Assembly: GCA_963703955.1 (NCBI GenBank)
Contig: CAVPGK010000017.1
Coordinates: 256,001 to 320,000 of the forward strand
Direction of reading: 5' to 3'
Source: Nitrospirota bacterium
Lineage (GTDB): Bacteria > Nitrospirota > Nitrospiria > Nitrospirales > Nitrospiraceae
Length of the DNA: 64,000 nucleotides
Numbering within the stretch: position 1 is the stretch's first letter; each line of letters begins with the position of its first letter. Made by a program: the position numbers and the translations under genes. The notes beneath the pieces are model-generated. The model saw only the letters and a list, made by a program, of their open reading frames with translations. It searched no databases and was not told where the DNA came from. Shown piece by piece: positions 41,816 to 54,267 of this stretch.

Positions 41816-43117
41816 CTACGCGTCCGCGGGACTCCTGGTCATGGTCCGCCGGCTGAACTGGGTCGCTACGACGGCCGTCACCAAGAGGACAAGACCCAAT
41901 CCGATCAGGCTGGCCGCGGGACCGATCGCGTCCGCAGCCCACCCGAATCCTGTCATGCCGGCCATAGCGGCGGCCATCGAGCCGGTGCTGAAGGTCGTGA
42001 ACACGCGGCCGGTCATGTGCGCGGGCGTGAGTTCCTGAAGCTGTCCCCAGACCACCGGATAGAAGAGTGCGGTGCTCCCTCCGATCACAATGATCAAGGC
42101 TGCAGCAAAGAGGGTGGTCTCTAACACGCTGAGGCCGCACACGGCCAGGCCACCGACGGTCATCGCGCGCGCAATGATTCGCAACCGATTGTGGACGTCG
42201 CCCTGGCGTATCCAGGCGAGCCACGCCGAGGCGAGCAACATTCCCACACCAAGGGCCGACCAGAGCCACCCCAACTGGACCGGACCTACCTGCAGGAACT
42301 CTTTCGCATAAACCGGGAGAAGGAAGACGAAGGCGCTTGTCCCCAGGTTATATAGGGCCGCGATGACGGCGAGGGAAAAAACGGTCCGGTGACGATCGAA
42401 CACGAATCGGAAGCCGGAAAGGAGCTCTTGCATCACGGTGCCTGAGGATTCCGTCTCCGTCTTCCAGTGCCCGGTCCGGTTTTCATGAACCCGAATTGGC
42501 ATCAGGCACAGGGCGGAAATCAAGAAAGTGGCGGCGTTCACATACAGCACGTTTTGCGCGCCGATGAGCGCGATGCCCAGACCGCTGACCGCCGGACCGA
42601 CCAACATTCCGATGTTATTAGTGCCCTGGATCAGAGCGTTGGCCGAGACAAGTTCCGACCGTCGGACGAGGAGCGGGACGGCCGACACCAATGCCGGGCC
42701 GAATACGGTGGACACGATCGAGGTGAGAAAGACCAGAACGTAGAGCCACTCCAACGTGAGCATGTCGAGCGCATAAAGTGCAGGGATGAGAAACGTCATC
42801 ACGGTGCGTATCAGGTCCACCCAGATCATCACCATCTTTTTCGGCAGCCGATCTAGATAGACCCCGATGAGGGGACCGAAGGCCAATGGGGGGATGGTCT
42901 GCAAGAGCCCGACCATGGTCATCATCATGGCGGATCCGGTGAGTTCATAGACGAACCATAGCAGCGCGACCTTGTTCAGACCTTCGCCGACCTGGGAAGT
43001 CACTTGCCCCCACCAGAGGAAACCAAAGTCCCACGTCTTGACTAGACGCCACCCTCTGCCATGGGGATCACATCCTACATCCGGCGTCATCTCTTCTGCG
43101 GTGATCTCGTGCGTCAC
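41816..43117 (-). CDS. MFS transporter (DHA3-like), copy 2
   Basis: Paralogue of 40345..41676, GVYLDRLPKK, GTG start after GAGAGG. Confidence 0.9.
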   Translation of the reverse strand: MTHEITAEEMTPDVGCDPHGRGWRLVKTWDFGFLWWGQVTSQVGEGLNKVALLWFVYELTGSAMMMTMVGLLQTIPPLAFGPLIGVYLDRLPKKMVMIWVDLIRTVMTFLIPALYALDMLTLEWLYVLVFLTSIVSTVFGPALVSAVPLLVRRSELVSANALIQGTNNIGMLVGPAVSGLGIALIGAQNVLYVNAATFLISALCLMPIRVHENRTGHWKTETESSGTVMQELLSGFRFVFDRHRTVFSLAVIAALYNLGTSAFVFLLPVYAKEFLQVGPVQLGWLWSALGVGMLLASAWLAWIRQGDVHNRLRIIARAMTVGGLAVCGLSVLETTLFAAALIIVIGGSTALFYPVVWGQLQELTPAHMTGRVFTTFSTGSMAAAMAGMTGFGWAADAIGPAASLIGLGLVLLVTAVVATQFSRRTMTRSPADA

Positions 43118-43138
43118 GGTTACCTCTCGTCTGCTGGC

Positions 43139-43161
43139 TGTAGGACACTTGTAGGACACTT
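43139..43161. promoter_or_regulatory. 11-bp tandem direct repeat, putative regulator site
   Basis: TGTAGGACACT twice, just upstream of the MFS start. Confidence 0.5.
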
Positions 43162-43615
43162 CCTGATATTGTCCGGTGTACAAAGTACAGGCCAACCCCT
43201 GGTGCCCTTGGCTTCGAAAATCCAGGACGGCCAGAACTGTCGTTTTTCAGAGAGATCCGTATCGATTGGGATCGGCAGGAAGAGGACAGGAGAGTCACAG
43301 AAATCCAGCTTGTCGGGTATCCGACAGGTCTCATCTTCAACTGTGCATTTTGTTAAGGAATTCCGTTGAAGACAGACTGTCCTGCGCGAAGGCAGTTTGT
43401 CGTGACATTGATCCTACAGGTCGAGAATTCCGCCCTAAAAAAGTTTGCGAAACCGTTTCAGTTGATGAGAGGTCGTTCCACTTCTGAAATTTCGAACCAC
43501 AGTTTCACCATAAGGGTGCCACTATGCATCCCGACGTTGATCGCATGCCTCGCGGCTTTCACACATCGGTTATGCTACTATCCTGCTCTCAGGAAGGAAG
43601 CACGACCATCCTTTC

Positions 43616-44647
43616 ATGGGCCCAGACTATCCTCTAACTCAGCCATCCCGATCGACCCTGTTTGCACGCCACGGGTACCTTCTGATCGCGGTTCCTGGGG
43701 TCTTGGTCCTATCGGTCGCTGTGCTGTTGTTTGAATCCAGTCGGAACATGACGGCGGCAGATTTCACGAACTTGATCCGGTCCCTCATCGGTTCAGCTCA
43801 CCAAATTGGCGCAGCGCAGGTTCTCGCCGAAGTCAGGGCCCGGTATATCTGGATGGCCACGGTCATGTTGAATCTGACAGTGCCGGTCTATGTCACCGTG
43901 ATATGCGGACTGATCATATATCGTGTGCACTCACGGCGACGGCTGCTTCTCGTGGCGACGGTTGGCGTCGTGCTGTGTTCGGTCGGGCTCCTGATCTTGT
44001 GGCAGAGCGCCGCAACCCAAAACGTGCTCTATCGAGTGGTGTTTGGGCTTACCTTCTTGACACTGGAGGCGTCTGGCAGATTCGATCCAGGGTTTCTGTC
44101 GTACGTTCATACCATCGTATCCATTATCAATGTGCTGGCCGTGATTGTACCCGTCATTGCCGTGTTGGCGGCCGCCAGTGCCGTTGCCCCACCCGACGAA
44201 GGGCAGCGTCTTGATCCCGACTACCTCGTGACGCGGATACGGTATCTGAAGGAAGTGCTCAATGCCGGGTCTGCCCTCCTGGTCGCCGGCATTCTCCACA
44301 TGGACGCGTGGCTCCGCTGGCCAGCGTCCCTAGTCGGCGACAAGAGTCTACAAGACGGGGTGCTGGGGGTGTCGCTCGCCATTGCTCTCTTCTGGGGAAC
44401 TACGTTCACGCTCATGTTGGTTGCCACGTACGGTCCGGCCGCCAGCTACCTCGGCATGCGGGCGCGTGAATTGCTCCGGGATAAGGCCTTTGCCGAAAGG
44501 ATCCAAGACCCCGAACAATGGCTCAAAGACCATGGGCTCTTCTTGACGTTCAGCGAGCAGTTGCCGCAGATCGGCGTGATGCTGGCGCCTCTGCTGGCTG
44601 GGCCGCTCGGCTCCTTGCTGATGGCGCCGATCACTCCTCCCGGATAA
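43616..44647 (+). CDS. Hypothetical multi-pass membrane protein
   Basis: 343-aa ORF with about 7 hydrophobic segments ending LAPLLAGPLGSLL. Confidence 0.75.
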   Translation: MGPDYPLTQPSRSTLFARHGYLLIAVPGVLVLSVAVLLFESSRNMTAADFTNLIRSLIGSAHQIGAAQVLAEVRARYIWMATVMLNLTVPVYVTVICGLIIYRVHSRRRLLLVATVGVVLCSVGLLILWQSAATQNVLYRVVFGLTFLTLEASGRFDPGFLSYVHTIVSIINVLAVIVPVIAVLAAASAVAPPDEGQRLDPDYLVTRIRYLKEVLNAGSALLVAGILHMDAWLRWPASLVGDKSLQDGVLGVSLAIALFWGTTFTLMLVATYGPAASYLGMRARELLRDKAFAERIQDPEQWLKDHGLFLTFSEQLPQIGVMLAPLLAGPLGSLLMAPITPPG

Positions 44648-44754
44648 AGGGTCCACAGTTCAGCGAATCGGCCACCGACCAGGCAGCGAGCCTGGGTCCT
44701 GATCGCGGATTCACCGTATCAAGCGCCTTGCATTGTCCCATATGGTGTGAGTGC

Positions 44755-44994
44755 GCGATGGGCAACGATGGTACCCAGGCGGTCAATGCCAAGCAGGTGA
44801 AACTCTCCAGAGCCGGCACGGCTTACACCTTTGAACCGGGTCAGTGGCTAAACTTGGACGGGAACCAGGTCATCATCAACGGGGGACCACCGTCGGGGTC
44901 GCACAGTGACATCATTTATCCCCATACGGCATGGACGGCGCTGGCCGCAGCCGGGATCGATAGTTGTCCTGGGGTCCGGAGAACTACGCCCTAG
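44755..44994 (+). pseudogene. C-terminal fragment of an alpha/beta-hydrolase-like protein
   Basis: AMGNDGTQAV...NLDG..VI..GGPPSGSHSDI..P with no upstream part. Confidence 0.45.
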
Positions 44995-45175
44995 ATGACC
45001 ACGGCGTTTGCCCGGCTTCATTGGTACGTTGTCTTGGTTGGCTATCAATGACTGCGCGAATCGAGTAGTGACGCCCAGATGAAGGTATTGGATTCGCCAT
45101 CCTGAGGCATGGTGAAATCCTGCGTCGTGTTCAGCAAAGAATGGTGAGAAGGCTTTTGATTTCTTTTCTTCTCGC

Positions 45176-48100
45176 CTATCCGCTGGCAGTCGCTGCCTTC
45201 TTGTCTCCTTTGAACCCGCTGAATACTTGAGAAAGTGCAGCCAAGACGCCAGGCAAGATCGCGATGAACCCAAGCATGATCGCCTTGTATTCTTCCTGAG
45301 TTGAGATAAGAAACACGGCAATAACGACTAGGCCGACCCCAACGGGACGCCAGATCTGACTCCACGCACTCCGTGTCACTTGGTACTCCCATGCAGTAAG
45401 TTGCTCCTTTTCCGAGGCCGAGAGAACGAACCGCCGAAAACTCTCGTTCATCACTCGTAAGTCGGGATCGAGAACAATGAGTCCCTTCTGTAGCAGTCGG
45501 CGAAGTTCAGGATTCTCCGCATGCAGAAAGCGGTTCTTGGCCAGATGGAAGAGGGCTAGCTTCTCAGTCTGAGAGCAGGATTTCCACCTCGTCACGTAAT
45601 GCTCTTCGACCGCCGCAAGCACTTCCATCAGGACTTCCTCGACTGCCACACCGCCATCGTCTATCTGCTTGAGGGCGGACATCTTCGCGGTATCGTCAAG
45701 TAGCTTTTCGCCAATACCCTGCAATTCAGGCGTGAGATCGGTTTCGCGAATAAAGGCCTCTTGAACGATTGGGTCCAACGCCTCTAGCTTGCGCCGCACG
45801 CTATTGGTGTAATCGCTTCTTGACGACTCAGCCCCATGATATCCTGAACTTCCCGAGAGCGGAGTCGGAAAATCGAGGAGGAACACGCGAGAGGCAATAA
45901 AGCGCGACATCCCGTACAGCAGCCAGGCAAATAGCACGAGGCCGATGCCCAACACAATAGTTTGCAGCGCGATTCTTGGCCAAAAAACAAGGCCGCCTGC
46001 GAGTAAGAGAAGACCAAATAAACCGATGATGTTCCCAACCCTTCTGCCCTTGGCTTTGACAATCTGGGCAATCTTCACGGCCATGAAGCCACAGGCCGTT
46101 CCAATGAGCCCACCAAAGGCCAGCATCCAGTAGAGCAATCCGGGCACTCCCGGGAGTGAAGACGCGATGGCCGATTCACTTTTGAGGTCTGTTCCAGATC
46201 GGGCTTGGTATGTCCGCGATTCTATCAACCAAGGTTGCTCACAGCCTCTCTTTCCGATGAAGCCGCCCGTCTCAATGGAGACAGGATGGTGGAGGGAAGC
46301 TCGCAGGAATGTGTGGACCCAAGCAAAATCCAACCATGATGGCTCCGCTCCCTCCTTCCCGTTGCAGAGGTAGCTGTCAAAGTCCGATAGAGCATTTCCA
46401 TAGAAGTTTCCGTAAACGTCTCGAGACCCTTCACATTCCGACGCTTGACCCCCGTGATCCTTGCCAACCGTTCTGCTTTGGCAGTAGACCTCCATGTGAT
46501 CCCTCCGCCACTGACCGTCTTGGATAAGATCAACCTGGGCGTACTTGACCAGCAGTCCGATCTCTGCCTCGAAGGCGACTTTCGAGAAGCCAAATGCCGG
46601 AAGCATGCCGTACACGAGCAGGAACGTCATGATCATGAGCGTATAGGTCCACCGATAGCCGAGAGGAACGCGGTTCCTGGAAGCTTCCGTGTTGGCTGCA
46701 TGAGATTTCTTCAGCGTTACGATCATGATCCACACTCCCCACAGCGGAATGATCAGAGTAAGGAGGACTTTGGTCATGGCCGGGAGTGCAGGTTGTAACA
46801 TCACAAGGCCGAACAGACAGAGAAGCAAGACGTTCCAGAGGACGATAAGCTGATAGTCACGATTGCGCGAAGCGCGCGGCCACATCCAGTCCGCTCGCCC
46901 GTTCTTGAGGCATGGATAGACCAACAACCGAAACAAGCCCAGGATTAACGCCGCGTACACCAAGAACAGAGACGCGGCAATAGTGAGCGTTTGCAGGTTC
47001 GCGATGCGCAAGAGATCCTTGTCTCGATAGACGACTAACGACCAGGCCGTGTCATGGCGGAAGATATCCGGAATGCCTGTCACGTAAAATCGACGGTCAG
47101 TTCCCCAGTATTGACCGTCGGCAAAGTCTTGGGCGCGGGCGAACACGAGCGACCGCAATCGCTCGTTCTGGTCGGTTTCCTCAAAGAAGTTTTCTCGCAG
47201 ATTCCGGCGAGAGTCCGAGTGGAACAACACGGTGCCCGATCGGTCGATGACCGCAAAACCGAATCCTGGAAGCACAACGGGGTCCATCACTGAGGGCATC
47301 TTCATTTCCAGCGCCGCAACCGTGGGATGACTGCGATCAGCCTCCTTGTCAGGGCTCACCGTACTTCGCTGCGATACGATCGCGTAGTTCTGTCCGCTAG
47401 TCCATGAGTAGATTGCCTGAAGCCAAAACTGGCCGTCCGGGCTATCCAACGCCGAGCCTGCCCAAATCCTCTTCACATACTCTCGTTCGCGCAGTTGGAC
47501 GACAGCCCATTCCGCCTCTCCTCCAGACCAGTCCACATTATTGAACCCATCTGGCCACACCCAGAACATATCGTTCACATAGTAATAGGACAGCTCAAGA
47601 GGCCTCTTGAGTGTCGGACACACGCCATTAACGTCCTTTGGCTTTGCGAATCCCTTCCCTTCTCGGAAGACAATCTCCAGGCTCGTCTGCCACGGCGTAT
47701 TCTTTCCAACATTGATAGTCCCACACGAAGCCAACGCGGTATCAAAACGTTTGAGCTGTTCACGTGCCTTATCTAGGTCCTTGTGAAAATTCTCGCGAAG
47801 ATCCTCGGCAGCCAGTCGGAGCCGTTCGTCGAAGACCCTCTCAGCCTTCTGATATGTGAAAAAATCCACAAAGCCAAGGGTCAGTAAGGCGGTGCCCAGG
47901 AGGGAGGCGATCAGGAGCATGAGCACATCGGTAAAAGATAGTCGATCAGTCGGGCCCATAGATTTCAGTTTTAGAAAGGGAAGGGCGGAGAACGCGAGAA
48001 GGATGACACCAATCATGAGCAGAAGCAGATTGCCGGAAATCGTTTGCGCTTCGACAGCGAATTTTTGAGATGGGACGATCCCGACCAGGATAAAGTCGGC

Positions 48101-49003
48101 GGCGATTTCCAGAATCTCTGACGCCATCGCTTTGCGAGGAAGACAGCCTACCTCCCTGAGCAAAGACAAGATAGCGGGCCTCACCAAGCTCAATCTCGTT
48201 GACAGCCGGGAGCCTATCCACAATTCTCGTCGTCTTGGCTGGCTCTTTTTGCTTTTTGTCATCCTCTTGCTTTTTATCACCCTCCTCTTTTTTCTGATCC
48301 GCTTTTCCGGACTCCTGGAAGAGGGCATGCAGGATGGCAAATTGAAAATCAGACACATTTTGCTGGGACTTTTTCTGATAGAACACCTTGCCGTCACTGT
48401 CCGCGAGAAGGGTTTCTGCAAAGATATCCTCGGACAGCAACTTCTGCATCAGCCGAGCGACATCAATCTCTGCTTGAATGCGCCAGACAGAGCCGGTTTG
48501 ATCTTTACTCGTGAAGTCCAACGACGAACCCCGACTGTTTGCCTTCAGGCTTCAGGCTGACCTCAAACTTGGGCGTCTGCTCTGTGGATTTGGCGTCAAG
48601 ATTGTCGAAGAGTCACCCGCTTGAGCGTCGAAAGATCGCACAACTTCGCCCCGAATGCCCGCTTCTTGTACTCATCGTCACCGTGGCAGATCTTGCAAGG
48701 CAACGCAAGTCTTCATCCATGGTGCGTCTACCCTGCGCTTCCACCCTCTCTGATAGTCCATTCAGGACGGATTGAAGGATCTTCTCATGGTTAGCAATCT
48801 CTTCCACCAGCCCTCGACTTGCGAGCCCTAAAAGACGAAAATTGCGCTCGGTCAGATAGGCTTTCTGGGAGGACACGTGGGAGTAATACGAGATAGCCAA
48901 AGGCTCCCAGCACTGCGGCGACCGCGACAAATGGGATCACCATGAGTCGACGCTTTGGCATCCAGGCGCGTACAGATGGTTCATTGCGCTGTTCGTTTGG
49001 CAT
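45176..49003 (-). CDS. Very large Cache-like multi-pass membrane protein with several frameshifts in the 5' part
   Basis: NFRLL, GFAVIDRSGTVLFHSD..RNLRENFFEE, many TMs, and C-terminal WKSCSQTEKLALFHLA..MNESFRRFV. Pieces lie in ORFs 48791..49114, 48613..48930, 47946..48521 and 45176..48421. Confidence 0.7.
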
Positions 49004-49542
49004 TAGTTTGTGTTCCTCCAGATGAAGCGCTTTTCGCGTGACACCGGCAGGCATCGTCCTGCTCATCTCCTCAGCGAAGGGAAGGAGTCGCTCCTTAGCA
49101 AAGGCGATAGGCACCTCACGTTCTTGGCCCCTATATTAATCTTGCGCGTGAACTGGAATTCCATCCGGTAACTTCAATGCTCCAAGCAGATTAACTCCAG
49201 AAACTCTGCGCGCACTAACCAGGGGCGACCCTTCAATACACTGTCGCCTTTCCGGGTTGCCGTGTTGGCTGCATGCTCCAGGAGGAGTGTTTGCAATTGC
49301 AGGCGGAGCAAGCAGGATGCCGTTTGGATCTTCGTTGTGCTGACGCCTACGATGGAGTACAAGCCATTGATCTGGTTCCAGATGATGCGCAAGGATGCCA
49401 CAAAACTGCTTAGGACTAAGGAATTTCGTTGTATCTGATCGTGCCAGAAAGGTATCTGTTTGGATAACGTTTCTATCTACGCGCATAGGCAAGTCTTTCA
49501 AAGAGCACCTCACGAGCAACAGATGCAGAGGCTACGGGGCGC

Positions 49543-50823
49543 TCACTTAAGACGGGCCGTAGACTTTGCACCATCCGTAACGAGGTAGCCGAATCGCTCG
49601 CGGAAGGCTTCCGGCGAGAGCTTGAGGGTGGCGGCGTATTGCGCGACTTCGTTCGCGTCCTCCAGGTCCTCGTGAGAGAGGCGAATCATGTACCGCCGAG
49701 CGATTTGATAAGACTCAGACTGAACGTCCACCATGCGAATGCGAGTTCGGCCGGTGGCGGGATCCAAAATCTGAGCAAACGGGATAGGCGTCAAGCGGCC
49801 ATTCTGGATCGACACCATAGCCGCGTTGCCGCCTTCCAGAAGAAACTGCGCGGCACAATAGCCGAGGTCCCGTGTGTACTCCATGTCGTAGGGAATCGGG
49901 TCTGCGCAACGGAGCTCATAGCCGATATTCTTGGATACGATCGTGGTCTTGATGCCAAACGTCTTGAGGTGCTTCTCGACCTCATGTTTGAGGAGGTCGC
50001 CCAGGTTGACCTCCGCGAGACGCAGATTCCCGTGCTGATCCCGCTCCACGTCCGCCAGTCCCCTGAGGTCCTGCTGGTCCACACTTTCTACTAAACCTTC
50101 CGCCAGGATGGCGACCCCATCCGGCCGGCCCATTTTAAGCCGCTTCAGAATAGCCCCAATGAGGATGTCAACCAGCTTGGTGAGACGCACCGGCCGCTCT
50201 GGGAACTCTTCGGGAATGAGCGTGAGTGTCACGCCGGCGGCTTTCCCGATGCCGAGGGCCAGATGACCGGCCTTCCGCCCCATGGTGACGACGAAGTACC
50301 AACGCGAGGTGGTCTGCGCGTCCACCATGAGATTCTTGACGAGATGGACGCCGACGTGGCGAGCCGTTTGAAAGCCGAACGTGGGGATGCCGTGCGGGAG
50401 ATCCAGGTCATTGTCGATGGTCTTCGGCACGTGGACGACACGCAAGCGCCCGCCTGCCATCCGCTCCAGGTTGAGGGCGGAAAAGGCGGTGTCGTCACCC
50501 CCAATCGTGATCAACCCGGACAGGTTCAGCTTCAACAAGACCGCGAGGGCATTGTCTAAATGCGCCGCATTCTTGGTCGGGTTGGCCCGCGCGATCCCGA
50601 GATAGGATCCCCCATGGAAATGGATCCGGCTCACTTCCTCGATGGAAAGCGGTTTCACTTTGGAGGAGTCGCCTTCCATGATCCATTTGAAGCCGTCCAA
50701 GATACCCACGACCGCCGCGCCGCCTAAAATGCTTCGGATCGTGGCCGCTCCGATCACGCTGTTGATCCCCGGCGCAGGTCCTCCACCCACAAGGATTCCA
50801 ACGCCATTATGTGTGTGGTTCAT
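49543..50823 (-). CDS. pfp: Phosphofructokinase, pyrophosphate-dependent type
   Basis: GGGPAPG, IGGDDT, PKTIDND, MGR, GYELRC. Confidence 0.85.
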   Translation of the reverse strand: MNHTHNGVGILVGGGPAPGINSVIGAATIRSILGGAAVVGILDGFKWIMEGDSSKVKPLSIEEVSRIHFHGGSYLGIARANPTKNAAHLDNALAVLLKLNLSGLITIGGDDTAFSALNLERMAGGRLRVVHVPKTIDNDLDLPHGIPTFGFQTARHVGVHLVKNLMVDAQTTSRWYFVVTMGRKAGHLALGIGKAAGVTLTLIPEEFPERPVRLTKLVDILIGAILKRLKMGRPDGVAILAEGLVESVDQQDLRGLADVERDQHGNLRLAEVNLGDLLKHEVEKHLKTFGIKTTIVSKNIGYELRCADPIPYDMEYTRDLGYCAAQFLLEGGNAAMVSIQNGRLTPIPFAQILDPATGRTRIRMVDVQSESYQIARRYMIRLSHEDLEDANEVAQYAATLKLSPEAFRERFGYLVTDGAKSTARLK

Positions 50824-51035
50824 GGCACCTGTGCCCCCTTGGTCGCTTTGAACAGCGCTCGGCCGCTATCTAACTACAAACCCTGTGCGAGGAGCAATAC
50901 GAACCGCAAGAAGCCTGCCCCAGGGTCTGGCGGCGGTACAGGAGCGCCACCGCCGAGTGGTACGAACCGAGTTGCTGGTGGGGCACGTGTTCTCCTCGTT
51001 TGAAGAATACCTACCATCTGGTCTATGATTCCCCC

Positions 51036-54000
51036 ATGGATTCGCCAACTACCTCCAAAAAACCCTTCTTTCGGAGGAAATGGTTCCTCATCGCGTGCGC
51101 GCTGGTGCTGTTCTATACGCTGGGCGGGTTCTTGGTGGCGCCGGCTGTGCTCAAGTCACAGCTTGAAAGCAAGCTTCCCGCAGCGCTCCACCGCAACGTG
51201 TCGATCGACGAGGTCCGGATCAATCCGTATGTCCTGTCGCTCAGGATTAAGGGCTTTCAGGTCACCGAGCCTGACGGGCAACCGTTCGCGTCGCTGGATG
51301 AGCTGTTCGTCAACCTGCAACTGTCTTCACTGTTCCAGGCTGCTTTGAACTTCAAAGAAATCAGCCTCAAGAAGCCCGATCTGACAATCGTGTTACGCCA
51401 GGGAGGGCGCACCAATTTTGATGATCTGCTCCGCGGCTCATCCGAGCCGCAGCCCCCTGCAGAACCCTCCAAGCCTATGCAGGTGAACATTGAAGAGTTA
51501 CTGATTGACGACGCAGGCGTGACATTCACGGATTTCAACCGGAAGCCGAAATTTGAGTACCGCGTGTTTCCCATTCAGCTCAACTTGACCGATTTTAGTA
51601 CGCATCCGGACGCGAAGAGTCCCTACTCCTTTGTGGCCAACACAGGACGAGGCTCGACTGTGTCCTGGTCCGGATCATTTTCGGTCAACCCGCTGCGCTC
51701 CAACGGGTCACTGGCCATTAGTGGCATGCAGTTAGTCAACTATGCGCCGTATTATGCCGACTTTATCGCGTTCAACGTGGCAGACGGCGAAGCGGCGTTT
51801 CGTGCAGAATATCGACTGGATACCTCGAGCGGGCCCCTGGATCTCCAAATCAACCATGCGGCCTTCGACTTGAAAAATCTGAAGCTGACTCCGCCCGATA
51901 CGCAAGAAGGGGTGGTGACGCTTGCGTCGTTGGCCGTAAGGGAAGCCAACGCCGACCTTGTGAAGCAGGTCGTTACCGTGGACGCAGTGACACTGGACGA
52001 GGGTGTGATCCTCGCGCGCAGAGAGCGGGACGGGACGGTGAATCTGCAGACGTGGCTAAGCCCGCGATCCACTGAGACCGGGTCGACGTCACCGCCAAAG
52101 AGTGACGATGCCAAGAAGACCCAGGGGGAGAAGAAGAAAGATCCCTGGAAACTGGCCGTACGAGACGTGGCGTTGACCAACTTCAGCGTGACGGCCGAGG
52201 ATGCTGTGCCTGCGGCGCCGGCGAAGCTGGTCCTCGACCAAATCAACCTGAAACTCAATGGACTGGCGTTTCCTGATCGCACACCTATTGCGACAGAGGC
52301 CTCGCTCCGCTGGAACCAAGCAGGGACGTTGGCAGCGACCGGACGCTTCGCCATTCCCCTCTGTTGGCCGACCTGCAGGTGGCCGTGAACGAGTTCGACC
52401 TTCGTCCGTTTCAGCCGTATATTGACGAGCAGGCCAATGTCCACCTGACCGACGGAGCCGCGAATCTCCAAGGTCATGTTGTCTATGGATCTCCTGAGGG
52501 TGGCGGGCCGATGGCCAGGTTCATCGGGCAGTTCGCGCTCGATCACGTGGCCGTGATGGACACCATTTCCACCAAGAATGTGGTCGGGTGGAATTCGCTC
52601 GCGTTCAAAGGTATTCATGCCGATGTGTCCCCGACCGCGATTGCCGTCGATGAAATTCGACTGAAGAACCTGAAGTCGTCCGTGATCGTCGCGCCAGATG
52701 GCCGGCTGAACGTCGCGAACCTGATGCGGACGTCGCCGGGAAAGGATGCCGAAAAGCCTCACGAGACTCCCAAAGCCGAACCCACAAAGTCCGCCCCAAC
52801 TCCCATTTCGGTCAAGACCGTCGTTCTGGAAGACTCAACCCTGGTCTTTCTCGATCAATCCATCCAGCCGAATTATTCGGCCGACATTCGAAAGCTCAGC
52901 GGCCGCATTCAGGGCTTATCGTCACAGACCAGCGCAAAGGCCAAGGTTGACTTGACGGGGAAATTGGACAACCACGCTCCGTTGCAGATTTCCGGTCAGC
53001 TCAATCCTCTGAGCAAAGACCTGTTCGCCGATCTGGTGTTTTCTCTGAAGAGCTTCGATCTGCCGCCGCTTTCTTCCTACACGGGGAAGTTCGCCGGGTA
53101 TCCCTTACAAAAAGGAAAACTCTCTGCCGACCTGCGGTACAAAGTGGCCGAACGGAAGATGGACGCAGAAAATGTGGTCCTGGTGGATCAACTCACATTG
53201 GGTCCGCCCACCGATAGCCCGGACGCCACGTCGCTCCCGGTCAAGTTGGCAATTGCGATTCTTCAGGATCGCCAGGGGAAAATTCATTTGGACGTGCCGG
53301 TCAGCGGCGACCTGGATGATCCTGAGTTCCGGGTTGGCAGAGTCGTCTGGAGGGCCTTTGTCAATATTCTTGAGAAAGTCGCGACGTCACCCTTTGCCCT
53401 CGTGGGGGCCATCGCCGGCGGAGGCGGCGAGGAGTTGAGCGTCATCACCTTTGTCGCCGGCAGTGCTGAACTGGGCGGAGTCGGAGACACAAAAACTTGA
53501 CAAGCTGGCCAAGGTTTTGGTCGAACGACCCGGGCTGAACCTTGAGATCACCGGGCTGGCGGACCCCAAGAATGACCGTGTCGCGCTGGCCAAAGAAAAA
53601 TTGAACCATACCCTGACACAACGAAAGATGAAGACACTCAGAGAAAAAAATCCGGCGCTAGTAGAAAACATTCCGCTCGGTGAACGGGAATACGAACGAA
53701 TGGTCCAGCTTGCCTATGCCGAGAGCATGAAGCTGGGTGGGCTCTCGCCGAACGCCGCCGAGTCAGGTCTATCCATGTCTCTTGAGGAGGCCTCAGAAAA
53801 ACCGGAAAAGAAGTCCGGGTTCTGGGAGTTTTTCTCTCGTTTGAATCCGTTTAAATCCAGTCGGCAGGAAAAAAAGGAGTCCTCTCTGGATATGGTCCTC
53901 GATTCCAGCGGTGCCAGCTCCCCCCAGAGACCGGGAGGTCTCGCGGTCCCCTCGCTTGATGAAATGGAACGCCGCCTCATCGAGAAACAGCAGGTTACCC

Positions 54001-54161
54001 CGGACGACATGAACATGCTGAGGCAAGAGCGCGCGAAGAGCGTTCAAGGCTACTTGTTGAAGGCTGGACAACTCGGAGAGGATCGACTCTTCATTGCCGC
54101 GCCGGAGCCTGCCGATGGAAAGCCCAGCGGCGAAAGCCAGGTCACGCTCGCGCTGAAGTGA
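51036..54161 (+). CDS. DUF748 repeat protein with OmpA-like C-terminal region, frameshifted near 52350 and 53475
   Basis: N-terminal TM, YTGKFAGY..GKL, LPVKLAIAILQD, SGDLDDPEF and ERPGLNLEITG across three ORFs. Confidence 0.85.
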
Positions 54162-54267
54162 ATACGCCAACAGGCAATGCCGGACGCTGGGTCCTCGGGT
54201 GTTCACAACCTCGCTCAAAAAGCCAATAGGTTACGATGGTGTAAGACGTGGGGCTCCGCGACAGGGA

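Noticed and set aside
43176..43195. Sigma54 promoter for the MFS pair on the minus strand
   Set aside because: The -12 element reads GT instead of the near-invariant GC
49136..49519. ORFs between pfp and the Cache-like gene
   Set aside because: No recognisable domain or ribosome-binding site
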